DNA of 46,442 nucleotides from an uncultured Lentisphaeraceae bacterium (GCA_964557205.1 CAZKZI010000004.1:1-46442); one strand, 5' to 3'. Positions 9,906-19,926 are shown, counted from the first letter of the stretch. Made by a program: numbers and translations. The notes: a model not told the origin generated them from the sequence alone.

Positions 9906-12900
9906 ATGCGTAATTTTTATGGGTGGCTGGCGGTTTTTTATTTTGGTTTTTTACAATATGGATGGACCAGCGCTCCGCCGGAAGGGTTTATATTGGACCG
10001 TGACGCAGTCGTGCGGGCGGCTGTAAGCGTGACACGGGAGCGCTTTCCGGACGCGGACAGGGTGCTGGTCGATGACCGCGTGATGGAAGTTTACGAGAAG
10101 GACGGCACCTCGGTGCTATGGGACGATGAGTTCACAAAAGTGCTGACCGAGAAAGGTCGTCGCGAGGCATCATCGTATCAAATCAGTTTCAGTGCCAGTT
10201 ACGGCACGGCTTTCGTGCACCGGGCGGAGATCATCAAACCGGACGGCACGGCAGTGTCTGTCGACATGGATGTTTATGCGCGTGTCATGACCGATTCCGG
10301 ACAGATGGGGGCGAATATTTATGATCCCAACAACAAGGTTTTGAGTATCTCTATGCCCGGGGTCGAGATCGGCGATGTTTGCCGTCTGGTGACCTGCCGT
10401 CTGACCACCAAGACCCGCATGCCTGACACATGGTCGGATTATGCTGTGTTTGAATACGACCAGCCGATAGTGAGGCTGGAATACCTTGTCTCCGCCCCGC
10501 CGGAACTGCCGGTGCGGCGTATGGTCACACGCGACCCTGTGCCCGGCACGGTTGTTTACGCCGAAGAGCCGCAGCCGGACGGGCGGACAATGCACCGCTG
10601 GGTGATCCGTGATGTGCCGCAAATGTTTCCCGAGCCGGACATGCCGCCGCTGCACACTCAGGTTCAGCGGCTGATCATGAGTACGATCGAGGATTGGCAG
10701 ACGGTTTCCCGCTGGTATTGGGAACTTTGCCAGCCAGCCATGTCAAAGATAACGCCGGAAATGCGCAAGACGGTTGACGAACTGATCAAAGGTGCGGGAA
10801 CGCGCGATGAAAAAATCCGGCGTATTTTCAAGTTCGTTTCGCAGAAAATCCGTTACATGGGCATCACCCCCGAGGATACCGCCCCGGGTTATGAGCCTCA
10901 TGCGGTCGATCTGACCTTCAACAACCGCTACGGCGTGTGTCGTGACAAGGCTGTGTTGTTGGCGGCGATGTTGAAGCTCGCTGACATAACGGCTTATCCG
11001 GTGCTTATCCATGCTGGCGCCAAGATGGATCCGGAGGTGCCCTTGCCTTTCTTCAATCATGCGGTCACGGCGGTGGGCAAGCCAGACGGCGGCTATGTGC
11101 TTATGGATCCTACGAACGAAAACGCGCGCGACCTTTTTCCGGCGTATTTATGTAACCGCAGCTATCTGGTGGCACGACCGGAAGGTGAAACTTTGCTGGT
11201 CTCCGACGTATATCCGGCAGAGAACAATCTGGCGCGTATCGTGTCGAAAGGGACTCTGGATGAGACAGGCACACTGCTGTTGAAAGCCCATGTCGTTTTC
11301 GAAGGGATCAACGACAACGTATATCGCGGACATCTGGTGAGCCAGAAGGCCGAGCAACGCCGCAAGTTTTTTGAAAGGGTCGTTAAGAGCCGACTGGCCG
11401 GGGCGGAGATAGTGGAGTGCCAGATACAGCCCGAGGATCTGCAAGACACGGAAAAGCCGCTGGAGGTGGCGCTGACCATACGCGTGCCGGACTATCCTTT
11501 GCGCGGGAGTGGTCTCGACCAGGCTAACGTGCCGTGGCTGGGCATGACGCTCGGGTATGCTAATTTCGTGATCAGGCAGACCGGTCTGAAAGAGCGCCGG
11601 TACACATTGGACACAGGCATTACCTGCGGCATCGAAGAGAGTGTCAAGCTGGACATTAGCGCGGCGTTGGGGGAGGCGCATACTTTGCCGGACGCGCTTT
11701 CGATCAACCGTTCCGGCGTGCAGTTCCATATATCGCAAAGCGTACAGGACGGTGTGCTTGAAGGCGCGTTGCGCTACACGATCAACTCGCCTGAATTCTC
11801 GCCTCAGGAATATCTGGATTTGAAACGAACCTTGGCAGAGATCGAGGAGGCCAGTCGCCATAAGCCTCTGTTTGTGGCCAAAGACGCATTTGCGCATGAT
11901 GTCGAAGTTTTGCATAAGACTACGGAAACTTGTCTGATTTCGGCAAAAGAGTGGGTCACCACCAACACTTTGGTCAAGCGCGTGCTAACCTATGCCGGCA
12001 AAAAGAAACATGCTGAGCTGAAAATCGATTTCAACCCGGTCTGGCAGGATATTGAGATTGTCAGCGCGACGGTCTCTAACATAAACGGCATTGTGCATAC
12101 TGTCACGCCGATGGAAATGAATGTGATGGACGCCGGTTGGGTGGGTGCCGCGCCGCGCTATGCCCCTGCCAAAACCCTGGTGGTCAATCTGCCCGGCATC
12201 GAAGTCGGCAGCGTGATCACGGCCGTAACCTGTTTTCGGCAGAAAAACGGTTATTTTTACAGTCACTCGCGTGCTTTCGGGGGATTCGAGCCCGTGCGGC
12301 AGGAGCGATACAGTCTGACCTTTCCAAGGGATTTGGTTCCGGTTTATGCGGTGTATAACGGCGCTAAGCTCTGTTTCTCGGCAACGACCAATGCTTTGTC
12401 TGTGACTTTTGAGTGGAAAATGCCGGAACTGCCGGTTGTGTGGGCGGAGGAGCAGTTGCCGCCTTGGCATTTCTTTCAGCCAACCCTCTATGTCTCGTTT
12501 GGCGACTGGAAGAAGCACACAGCAGAGTTGCGCCGTGTCGCTAGTGAAGTGTCACGCGACAGTGCCGTTGCCCGTCGCCGCGCCAAGAAGCTGGTCAAGG
12601 GCATGCGCGACTCGCTCAAACGCATGCGTCTGGTGCGCGATGATGTGTTGCGCACGATACGTCCTGCGGGGCCGTCGTTTCTTGATCTGCCGGCTAATCT
12701 TTTTTCTGCGCCGGACCGCACACTAGCTGATCAATACGGTCATCCGGCCGACCGCGCCCTGCTGTTGGCGGAAATGCTGGATGCGGCCGGATTCGACACC
12801 GAGGTCATACTGGCATCCAGTGACATAACCGGCTATGACTTTTTCTCAAAGCCGCAACGCGATGTACCGCAGTTGCGGTATTACAGTTTTCCGCTGGTTG

Positions 12901-13697
12901 CCGTGCGGCACAAAGGCCGGACATTTTATTTGAATGACGGTGATCAGTATGACGAGCCGGGCGTTTCGGCGCTGGACAAGGCACCCGCTATCACGCTGCG
13001 TGGCAAGCAGTTCACTGTGGCAGTAGCTGAGGAAATGCGTAACCGGAACAGAAGCGAGTGGACAATTTGCCTGGATGACTCCGGCGACGCCCGGATCACG
13101 GTCACAAATTGGTTTTTCGGTACAAAGGCCGGGTCTTTCCGCAAACAGTATAAAGAGATGTTGCCGGAAGACCGCCGCAGACATCATCTTGATCTGGTTA
13201 ACTCCATTTCAAAGTCGGCGGAAGCGACGTCCGCTTTGGTGACTGAGACCGAGGCTTATCCGCCATACCGTGCGTATTCGATTGAGGCGCGCAAGTATGC
13301 TGCGGTTGCTGACGGCACCTTGACGCTGACTGTTCCGGAAGTGGCGGCGGCTATATTTCCGCTGCGCACTGACAAGCGTGAACACCCGCTGTTCATGAGC
13401 GAAGCCGATCCAGCCGCAGTGGATTGCCGGATATTGTTGCCGAAGGATTACACTCGGTTGGCTCTGGCGCCAGAATCCAGAGCGTGGGAGTTGCCGAACG
13501 GCTTGGGCAGGGTGACGTATGATGTGCGTTCTGAAATATGCGAGGATGGCAGGGCATCTGTTTATATCAGTCGCCGCGTCGAGCGCGAGAGCGGAGAGGC
13601 CGCGCCTGAACTGTATCCGGCGTTGCTGGAATATAACCGTCTGTCAACCCACCCGTCAGCGCGCACGCTGGTCTTTGAAAAAGTGAACGGCAAGTGA
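9906..13697 (+). CDS. Large exported protein with two DUF3857/transglutaminase-like modules
   Basis: Signal peptide; PGVEIGD and PGIEVGS DUF3857 motifs; module 1 has YGVCRDKA, FNHAV, LMDPT; module 2 has GHPADRA (no Cys). Confidence 0.8.
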   Translation: MRNFYGWLAVFYFGFLQYGWTSAPPEGFILDRDAVVRAAVSVTRERFPDADRVLVDDRVMEVYEKDGTSVLWDDEFTKVLTEKGRREASSYQISFSASYGTAFVHRAEIIKPDGTAVSVDMDVYARVMTDSGQMGANIYDPNNKVLSISMPGVEIGDVCRLVTCRLTTKTRMPDTWSDYAVFEYDQPIVRLEYLVSAPPELPVRRMVTRDPVPGTVVYAEEPQPDGRTMHRWVIRDVPQMFPEPDMPPLHTQVQRLIMSTIEDWQTVSRWYWELCQPAMSKITPEMRKTVDELIKGAGTRDEKIRRIFKFVSQKIRYMGITPEDTAPGYEPHAVDLTFNNRYGVCRDKAVLLAAMLKLADITAYPVLIHAGAKMDPEVPLPFFNHAVTAVGKPDGGYVLMDPTNENARDLFPAYLCNRSYLVARPEGETLLVSDVYPAENNLARIVSKGTLDETGTLLLKAHVVFEGINDNVYRGHLVSQKAEQRRKFFERVVKSRLAGAEIVECQIQPEDLQDTEKPLEVALTIRVPDYPLRGSGLDQANVPWLGMTLGYANFVIRQTGLKERRYTLDTGITCGIEESVKLDISAALGEAHTLPDALSINRSGVQFHISQSVQDGVLEGALRYTINSPEFSPQEYLDLKRTLAEIEEASRHKPLFVAKDAFAHDVEVLHKTTETCLISAKEWVTTNTLVKRVLTYAGKKKHAELKIDFNPVWQDIEIVSATVSNINGIVHTVTPMEMNVMDAGWVGAAPRYAPAKTLVVNLPGIEVGSVITAVTCFRQKNGYFYSHSRAFGGFEPVRQERYSLTFPRDLVPVYAVYNGAKLCFSATTNALSVTFEWKMPELPVVWAEEQLPPWHFFQPTLYVSFGDWKKHTAELRRVASEVSRDSAVARRRAKKLVKGMRDSLKRMRLVRDDVLRTIRPAGPSFLDLPANLFSAPDRTLADQYGHPADRALLLAEMLDAAGFDTEVILASSDITGYDFFSKPQRDVPQLRYYSFPLVAVRHKGRTFYLNDGDQYDEPGVSALDKAPAITLRGKQFTVAVAEEMRNRNRSEWTICLDDSGDARITVTNWFFGTKAGSFRKQYKEMLPEDRRRHHLDLVNSISKSAEATSALVTETEAYPPYRAYSIEARKYAAVADGTLTLTVPEVAAAIFPLRTDKREHPLFMSEADPAAVDCRILLPKDYTRLALAPESRAWELPNGLGRVTYDVRSEICEDGRASVYISRRVERESGEAAPELYPALLEYNRLSTHPSARTLVFEKVNGK

Positions 13698-13861
13698 CGC
13701 GGTATCCGTCAACCCAATGGCTGCCTCCGAGAGGATGTCCGTGTGCGGCGTCAAAACATATCACTGGAGCGGCGGAGCCGATCCGATCGAGATAGATGGC
13801 TCCCGTGACGGTATTCACCAACGTGCTTTGCTTACCTTTCCGGGTTTGCTATGATTTGGGA

Positions 13862-16147
13862 ATGAAACAAATTATAAAAATATTGGTGATCTTTTCATGT
13901 GCTTTGACCGTATGTGCGCTCGAGCCGGTTTGGATATTCAACAACGGGACGGATGCCGGACGGATATTGGTCGGCCAAGGGCAGCTCTACAGGGAAGTCG
14001 GGCTTACCAAGCTGATCCCAACCGGAACCGACATGACGTTGACTCTACCGCTGAAGGATGGAGGTGCGTTTTCAGCCAGCGAGCGGCCGTTCTTCGCCGT
14101 CCGCTACAAGTACCGCACATCGGTAAGACAGGCGGGGATTTTCTTCACGACAGACCATCTGACATTTTTGTCGGACAAGAGCTACTCGCAGTTCCCTGTC
14201 ATCGGCGACAACAAATGGCGGGCAGCGATAGTGGACATGCGCTCCTTCAAACACAAGAACTGGACCGGTAAAGTCACTGCGGTCAGATTCGATCCTACCA
14301 ACCCTAGCGAAACGGATGCCGTCCTTGAGGTTTCCCGGTTAGGGTTTTTCGCTTCCGAAGAGCAGGCGCAGCGGTTCCTGGATGCGGCCACGGACGCGCC
14401 TGATTACTCTCTGCCCACGCGGTTCAAAGACGGTTTTCAGAAAGTTCTGGTTCCCGGCGGGTGCCTGTTTGACGGGTTTGACCGTGCTGACTTCATGTTA
14501 CGGACTACAACCGTCGAAAACCCGTCTTTTAAGACTGTGGTCAAGTTCCAGCCTAAAGAGGCTGGCAATGAAGCGCGATTGGTCGTCTTCAGCCAGACCA
14601 ACAGCCGCGGCTTCACCCATTTCGTCGCGCGAAAGCCCGGATTATACACTCTGGACAATATGGACGTGAGGTTGGAGGACATTTCCGATATGCGGGGGAG
14701 CGAGCGCGAGGCCATTGAGTTTGTGGTCGCGCGGCAGTTGCTGGGTGCGGCAAACGCGCGCGAGTTCCGCCCGCTTGATCCGGTTTCGGACGCTGACTGG
14801 CACCGGGCTGTCGAGTTGCTGTCCGAGGCAGACATTGAACTGAAAAAGCTGCCGAAACCGGCCAGCCGTCGCGAAGCTGCCGTAGTTCTGACAGCAGCAA
14901 TCCAGAGCGTTTTGGGAACAGCCATCGAGTCGCCATACGAAAAAGCGCATTTTACCCGTGACCGCATCCGAACAGGGGCGTGGGTAAATCTGTGTACCGA
15001 TTCGATCGGTGACGATTTCATTGAAATTTACAGTTCCGCGGGTTTCGACTGGATTATAGCCCACGGGTCGCTGGCCGGGTCTCCCTATCGCCGGACTTTG
15101 CTGAGGGATTGTGACCGACACGGCGTGGAAGTGATCATGGGCGATGGCGGTTACAACAACGCCGCAGTTTCGACCGCGGAGTATTTCGACCATCCCTGTT
15201 TCGCCGGAACTTACGTTACCGACGAGCCGGGAACGGATCAGTACGAAAAGTTAGCCGAGATATGCAAGGCTTATATCCGGGATACCGGAGGCAAGCTGCC
15301 TTACATCAACCTGCTGCCGATGTACGCCAACGCCGCCCAGTTGAAGTTCGGCGCCAATGCCGCGGCCATCGAGTATTACGATCCTGATCCGGATTTATAC
15401 AAAAAGCACTGTGACCTTTTCTGCGAGATGTTCCCCGTATCGTACATCTGTACCGATATTTATCCGCTCAACTGGGTCAACGGCCGACGTAACACCTATA
15501 AAAACTATTGCGAATCGATCAACGTCATCGCCACTTCAGCGCGGGAGCACGGCAAGGACTTCTGGTGTCACATACAAACGTTCGCTTGGGTAAAGAGCAA
15601 GCGCACACCGACAGAATCTGAATTCCGCTGGCAGTCGTACTGCATGCTTTCCTTCGGTTGTAAGACCTTGATCTGCTGGACTTACGCAGGTCGCAAACCG
15701 GAGTTCCCGTCGCTGGTCTCGATCGACGGTCGGCGTTCAAACGCATGGTACGACGCCGCGACAGTTTTCAAAGAGATCCGCCACATTTCAGACGCCTTTG
15801 TCAGTTACAGGAATATCGGAGCCATGAGCCACAACTGCACTGAAGCGACGCCATACTTGCGGTTCAGCAATCCGGTCGAAAAGTTTGCCGCGATTGAAAC
15901 GATCGATTGCGAGCAGCCTCTGCTGATCGGCTGTTTCACAGCCAAAGAGGGACAGGGCAAAGCTTTTACCTTGGTAAACATGAGCGAGCTGGAAGCGGTC
16001 GAGACCGCACAGGTCAAGCTGCGGCTGTCAGGTTCAAAGGTTATCGCCTGGCCGCGCGGACGGCAGGTGACGCTGACAGCGGGAAGTGATGGAATGCACC
16101 ATCTCACACTCGCGCCGGGCGAGGGGATATTCGTGGAAATCAAGTGA
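13862..16147 (+). CDS. Secreted multidomain protein: CBM-like beta-sandwich, SLH-like region, putative glycoside-hydrolase-like barrel
   Basis: Signal peptide from MKQIIKIL; WTGKVTAVRFDP; YVTDEP, PYINLLP, CTDIYP, FWCHIQ motifs seen in uncharacterised GH-like proteins (recognised by eye). Confidence 0.55.
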   Translation: MKQIIKILVIFSCALTVCALEPVWIFNNGTDAGRILVGQGQLYREVGLTKLIPTGTDMTLTLPLKDGGAFSASERPFFAVRYKYRTSVRQAGIFFTTDHLTFLSDKSYSQFPVIGDNKWRAAIVDMRSFKHKNWTGKVTAVRFDPTNPSETDAVLEVSRLGFFASEEQAQRFLDAATDAPDYSLPTRFKDGFQKVLVPGGCLFDGFDRADFMLRTTTVENPSFKTVVKFQPKEAGNEARLVVFSQTNSRGFTHFVARKPGLYTLDNMDVRLEDISDMRGSEREAIEFVVARQLLGAANAREFRPLDPVSDADWHRAVELLSEADIELKKLPKPASRREAAVVLTAAIQSVLGTAIESPYEKAHFTRDRIRTGAWVNLCTDSIGDDFIEIYSSAGFDWIIAHGSLAGSPYRRTLLRDCDRHGVEVIMGDGGYNNAAVSTAEYFDHPCFAGTYVTDEPGTDQYEKLAEICKAYIRDTGGKLPYINLLPMYANAAQLKFGANAAAIEYYDPDPDLYKKHCDLFCEMFPVSYICTDIYPLNWVNGRRNTYKNYCESINVIATSAREHGKDFWCHIQTFAWVKSKRTPTESEFRWQSYCMLSFGCKTLICWTYAGRKPEFPSLVSIDGRRSNAWYDAATVFKEIRHISDAFVSYRNIGAMSHNCTEATPYLRFSNPVEKFAAIETIDCEQPLLIGCFTAKEGQGKAFTLVNMSELEAVETAQVKLRLSGSKVIAWPRGRQVTLTAGSDGMHHLTLAPGEGIFVEIK

Positions 16148-16156
16148 ACGGGGCAC

Positions 16157-16185
16157 TTGCCAAATCCGGCTCGAACCACTATACT
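16157..16185 (+). promoter_or_regulatory. sigma70 promoter of the rib operon
   Basis: TTGCCA-17 nt-TATACT directly upstream of the riboswitch. Confidence 0.75.
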
Positions 16186-16198
16186 TCTCACATCTTAA

Positions 16199-16339
16199 GC
16201 GTCTTCGGGGCAAGGTGATTCCGGGTTACCGGAAAATTCCTGACCGGCGGTAGAGCCCGCGACTGGCAAGCTGTTCCTGCCTGCCACTGACACGGTTAGA
16301 TTCCGTGGCCGACAGTAAAGTCTGGATGTTAGAAGGTGC
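16199..16339 (+). ncRNA. FMN riboswitch (RFN element)
   Basis: TCTTCGGGGCAAGGTGA..AATTCCTGACCGGCGGT..AGCCCGCGA...GATTCCGTGGCCGACAGTAAAGTCTGGATG..AGAAG; P1 GCGTCTTC/GAAGGTGC; upstream of ribBA. Confidence 0.96.
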
Positions 16340-16356
16340 TGAAATGTTGATGATTT

Positions 16357-16390
16357 GCCCCGGTCTGCTTTGGCCGGGCTTTTTTGTTTT
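16357..16390 (+). terminator. Intrinsic terminator of the riboswitch expression platform
   Basis: GCCCCGGTC-loop-GGCCGGGC followed by TTTTTTGTTTT. Confidence 0.8.
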
Positions 16391-16401
16391 GAGGAAAAGG
16401 T

Positions 16402-17610
16402 ATGCAGAAAGAAATGGTTTTCGATACTGTGGAAGAGTGTGTCGAAGCCTTCCACAGAGGCGATATGGTCGTCGTTGCCGACGATGAGAATCGCGAGAAT
16501 GAGGGGGATCTCATAATCGCAGCGGAGAAGGTGACACCTGAAGCGATAAACTTTATGATCACCAAGGCCCGTGGGCTGGTTTGTGTGCCGATGACCGCGA
16601 ATCGTCTGCGGAAGCTGGGGGTGGAGCGCGCCCCCAGCCGCAACCGTGGCGACAAATTCGACACAGCCTTCACCTGTTCGGTCGATGCCGCAGCCGGCGT
16701 TACCACCGGCATCAGCGCTGCCGACCGTGCGCGAACCGTGCAGGTGCTGATGGATGACGCGTCAGACACGCAGTCAATTGTGAGCCCGGGGCATGTGTTC
16801 CCGCTGGAGGCACGTGAAGGGGGCGTGCTGGTGCGCGCCGGCCATACCGAGGCTGCGGTAGATCTGGCGCGTCTTTCGGGAATGAAACTTGCCGGAGTGA
16901 TCTGCGAGATCATCCTTGACGATGGAACCATGGCGCGTCTGCCGGATTTGCGGGCGTTCGCTGCGGAGTACAAACTCAAGATGCTTTCTATCGCTGACCT
17001 GATACAGTACCGCCGCAAGCGGGAACGTCTGATTGATATGGCGGCGGAGGTAGATCTGCCGACTGCATACGGTCATTTCAAATTGCGCCTGTACACCTCC
17101 GCGCCTGACGGCATGCACCATTTGGCGCTGATCAAGGGAGATATTGCGGGCGGTCCCGCGCCTTTGGTGCGCGTGCATAGCGAATGTCTTACCGGCGATG
17201 TTTTCGGTTCCTGCAGGTGCGACTGTGGTAAGCAGTTGCATGCTGCGATGAGCATGGTGGAAAAAGAGGGACGCGGCGTGATCCTTTACATGCGGCAGGA
17301 GGGACGGGGCATAGGCTTGGCCAACAAGTTGCACGCCTACAAGTTGCAGGAAGGCGGACTGGACACAGTTGAGGCAAATATCAAGCTGGGGTTCGCACCG
17401 GATTTGCGGGATTACGGGGTTGGGGCTCAGATTCTGGCGGATATCGGGTTGAAAAGCATCAGGCTTATGACCAACAACCCCAAGAAACTGATCGGTTTGC
17501 AGGGGTACGGGCTTGAGATCATTGAGCGGGTACCCGTGGTGTTCGAGCCGGACGACCACAACCGTCGTTACCTGGAGACGAAGAAGGTTAAGATGGGGCA
17601 CATGCTTTGA
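16402..17610 (+). CDS. ribBA: Bifunctional 3,4-DHBP synthase / GTP cyclohydrolase II
   Basis: DDENRENEGD, RAGHTEAAVDL, RVHSECLTGDVFGSCRCDCG, QEGRGIGL, TNNPKK. Confidence 0.97.
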   Translation: MQKEMVFDTVEECVEAFHRGDMVVVADDENRENEGDLIIAAEKVTPEAINFMITKARGLVCVPMTANRLRKLGVERAPSRNRGDKFDTAFTCSVDAAAGVTTGISAADRARTVQVLMDDASDTQSIVSPGHVFPLEAREGGVLVRAGHTEAAVDLARLSGMKLAGVICEIILDDGTMARLPDLRAFAAEYKLKMLSIADLIQYRRKRERLIDMAAEVDLPTAYGHFKLRLYTSAPDGMHHLALIKGDIAGGPAPLVRVHSECLTGDVFGSCRCDCGKQLHAAMSMVEKEGRGVILYMRQEGRGIGLANKLHAYKLQEGGLDTVEANIKLGFAPDLRDYGVGAQILADIGLKSIRLMTNNPKKLIGLQGYGLEIIERVPVVFEPDDHNRRYLETKKVKMGHML

Positions 17611-17663
17611 TAGAATGATGGAGAAGGTTAAAACTTGGTAATGGTTGAGAAAGAGGTAGCGAG

Positions 17664-18125
17664 ATGAAAGAAATTGTAGGAAAGATGGACGCGGCGGGTA
17701 TGCGGATGGCTTTGGCGGTCAGCCGTTTCAACAGCTTCTTCACCGAACAGTTGGTGAAAGGGGCGGTGGACTGTTTTGTGCGACATGGCGGGGATGAAAA
17801 AAATCTGACCATCGTGCGGGTGCCGGGTGCGAATGAGTTGCCGACAGTGGCGCAGCGACTGGCCGTTTCTGGCAAGGTCGATGCTGTGGTGGCATTGGGC
17901 GCGGTGATTCAAGGTGCCACGCCTCATGCTGATCTGATCAACGGCACTGTGGCCCGAGCTTTATCGAAGATCGCGCTAGACAGCGGGGTGCCGGTTTTGA
18001 ACGGGGTGGTCTGCGCACAGAATCTTGAACAGGCCATCGAACGGGCTGGCTCCAAGCACGGCAACAAAGGCTGGGATGCGGTCGTGTCTGCCATCGAGAC
18101 CGTGAATGTGCTCAAGGCACTTTAG
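17664..18125 (+). CDS. ribH: 6,7-dimethyl-8-ribityllumazine synthase
   Basis: SRFNS, VPGANELP, GAVIQGATPH, QAIERAG.K.GNKG. Confidence 0.95.
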   Translation: MKEIVGKMDAAGMRMALAVSRFNSFFTEQLVKGAVDCFVRHGGDEKNLTIVRVPGANELPTVAQRLAVSGKVDAVVALGAVIQGATPHADLINGTVARALSKIALDSGVPVLNGVVCAQNLEQAIERAGSKHGNKGWDAVVSAIETVNVLKAL

Positions 18126-18152
18126 CGGCAGAGTTGGCGGCAGGCAGTGATT

Positions 18153-18178
18153 ATTTTGACCACGCGAGTGGTCAAAAT
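18153..18178. other. Perfect 11-bp hairpin with GCGA tetraloop between ribH and nusB
   Basis: ATTTTGACCAC-GCGA-GTGGTCAAAAT. Confidence 0.55.
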
Positions 18179-18284
18179 GACGAGGGTAAAAGGAAGAAAG
18201 TTGCAGCCGTCCGGGAAGGTATCGGGGGCTTGTGTCTTGGATACTGAGCATGGAATTTTTGAAGATGTGAACTAAGGAGTTCTC

Positions 18285-18776
18285 ATGGCGACACGTAGGC
18301 AAGGGCGTGAATGGGCTTTGCAGATGCTTTTTCAGGCCGACTTGAATCCGGGGATGGATTTGGACATGGCCATTCCTAAGTTTTGGCGGCAACAGTGGAC
18401 CTGCAAAGTAGAAGAGGCCGATGACAAGTCGATAGAGTTGAAGCACAAGGAGTCAAAACCGGTTGAGGACCGTGTGGCACCGCTCAAGATACGCGAGTTT
18501 ACCGAGAAGCTGGTGAGAGGTGTGCTAGGGCATCTGGAGGAGATAGACGAGAAGCTGATCTCTTACACGCAAAACTGGCCGCTGCACCGCATGGGGTCGG
18601 TAGAGCGCAACGTGTTGCGTCTGGCTTTTTACGAGATGATGTATTGCAGCGATGTGCCGCCGGCGGTGGTTCTGAACGAAGCGATCGACCTTGCCAAGTA
18701 TTTCAGCAACTCAGATGCCGGACGGTTTGTCAATGGTGTTCTCGACCGTCTCAACAAAGAACTTAATCGCAAATGA
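18285..18776 (+). CDS. nusB: Transcription antitermination factor NusB
   Basis: RRQGREWALQMLFQ, VERNVLRLA, NEAIDLAK, FVNGVLD. Confidence 0.95.
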   Translation: MATRRQGREWALQMLFQADLNPGMDLDMAIPKFWRQQWTCKVEEADDKSIELKHKESKPVEDRVAPLKIREFTEKLVRGVLGHLEEIDEKLISYTQNWPLHRMGSVERNVLRLAFYEMMYCSDVPPAVVLNEAIDLAKYFSNSDAGRFVNGVLDRLNKELNRK

Positions 18777-18793
18777 ATTGTGCTTAGGGCAGG

Positions 18794-19912
18794 GTGTTAG
18801 CGCGAATGACTTTTTCGGCTCAAGATCGGAAATGGATGCGGCGGGCAGTCGCTTTGGCGCGTTTGAGTGAAGGACACACACGTCCTAATCCGCCGGTCGG
18901 TGCAGTGGTCGTGAGCGGAGGGCACAAGCTCGGCGAGGGCCGTCACCGTTGCGCGGGCTACGCGCACGCGGAGGTAGAGGCATTGGACGCCTGCCGCGGT
19001 TCTGTCAAAGGCGCCACGCTGTATGTCACTTTGGAACCGTGTTGCACACACGGCCGTACCCCGCCCTGCACCGAGCGGATCTTGCAAGCCGGCATTGCCC
19101 GGGTTGTCGTAGGCTGTCTTGATCCCAACGGTTGCCATTGTGGACGCGGCATGGACTTTTTGGCGGCGCAGGGGGTTGAGGTGTTTTCCGGGGTATGTGA
19201 GGTTGAGGCTCGCGAACTGATCGTGCCGTTCACGAAACACATTACCACAGGCATGCCTTTTTTGAGCGTCAAACTGGCTATGACATTGGACGGACGTATC
19301 GCTGACCGCCGCCGCCAGGCCAAGTGGATTACGGGAACGCCGGCCCGTAACGAAGTTCAGCGCATGCGTAAACGTGCCGATGTGGTGATGGTCGGGGCCG
19401 GCACGGTCTGCGCCGACGATCCTTCACTGTTGTGCCGTCTGCCGGACAGCGGCACTCTGATGCGGGTAGTTGTGGACGCGACAGGGCGCACACCTGCCGG
19501 TGCGCAGGTTTACACCGACAGTGCGGCGAAGCGGACGATTGTGGCGACCACACCGCGCGGAGCGACACGCAAAGGAAATGCCTGGGTGCGCCACGGCGCG
19601 AAGGTTTGGAGCTTTGCGCCGAATAGCGCCGGGCGTGTGCCGCTCAAAAAACTGTTTAAGAAACTGGGTGCAGAAGGTTATCTCAATGTTTTGTGCGAAG
19701 GCGGCGGCATTCTGGCGGGCGGGCTTAACGATGCCGGGCTGGTCGACGAGTTCGCTGTCTTCTACGCCCCGGCGGTGTTGGGCGACATCCGGGCAGTCAG
19801 CGGCGTGGCCGGCAGCGGGGTCTTACTTTCAAACATGCCCAGGGGATCTTTTGCGGCTGTGAGACATTTCGGAGAAGATTTGTTAATATGCTACCGACTC
19901 AAACGGGCGTGA
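18794..19912 (+). CDS. ribD: Bifunctional diaminohydroxyphosphoribosylaminopyrimidine deaminase / reductase
   Basis: PNPPVGAV, HAE, TLEPCCTHGRTPPC, KLAMTLDG, EGGG; start may be ATG 18806. Confidence 0.96.
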   Translation: MLARMTFSAQDRKWMRRAVALARLSEGHTRPNPPVGAVVVSGGHKLGEGRHRCAGYAHAEVEALDACRGSVKGATLYVTLEPCCTHGRTPPCTERILQAGIARVVVGCLDPNGCHCGRGMDFLAAQGVEVFSGVCEVEARELIVPFTKHITTGMPFLSVKLAMTLDGRIADRRRQAKWITGTPARNEVQRMRKRADVVMVGAGTVCADDPSLLCRLPDSGTLMRVVVDATGRTPAGAQVYTDSAAKRTIVATTPRGATRKGNAWVRHGAKVWSFAPNSAGRVPLKKLFKKLGAEGYLNVLCEGGGILAGGLNDAGLVDEFAVFYAPAVLGDIRAVSGVAGSGVLLSNMPRGSFAAVRHFGEDLLICYRLKRA

Positions 19913-19926
19913 GGAAGGGGTGAGGT

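Noticed and set aside
17664-18125. RibH substitutions (IQGATPHAD versus IRG.T.HFD) as a sign of inactivity
   Set aside because: The catalytic His and the ERAG Arg are kept and the operon is intact
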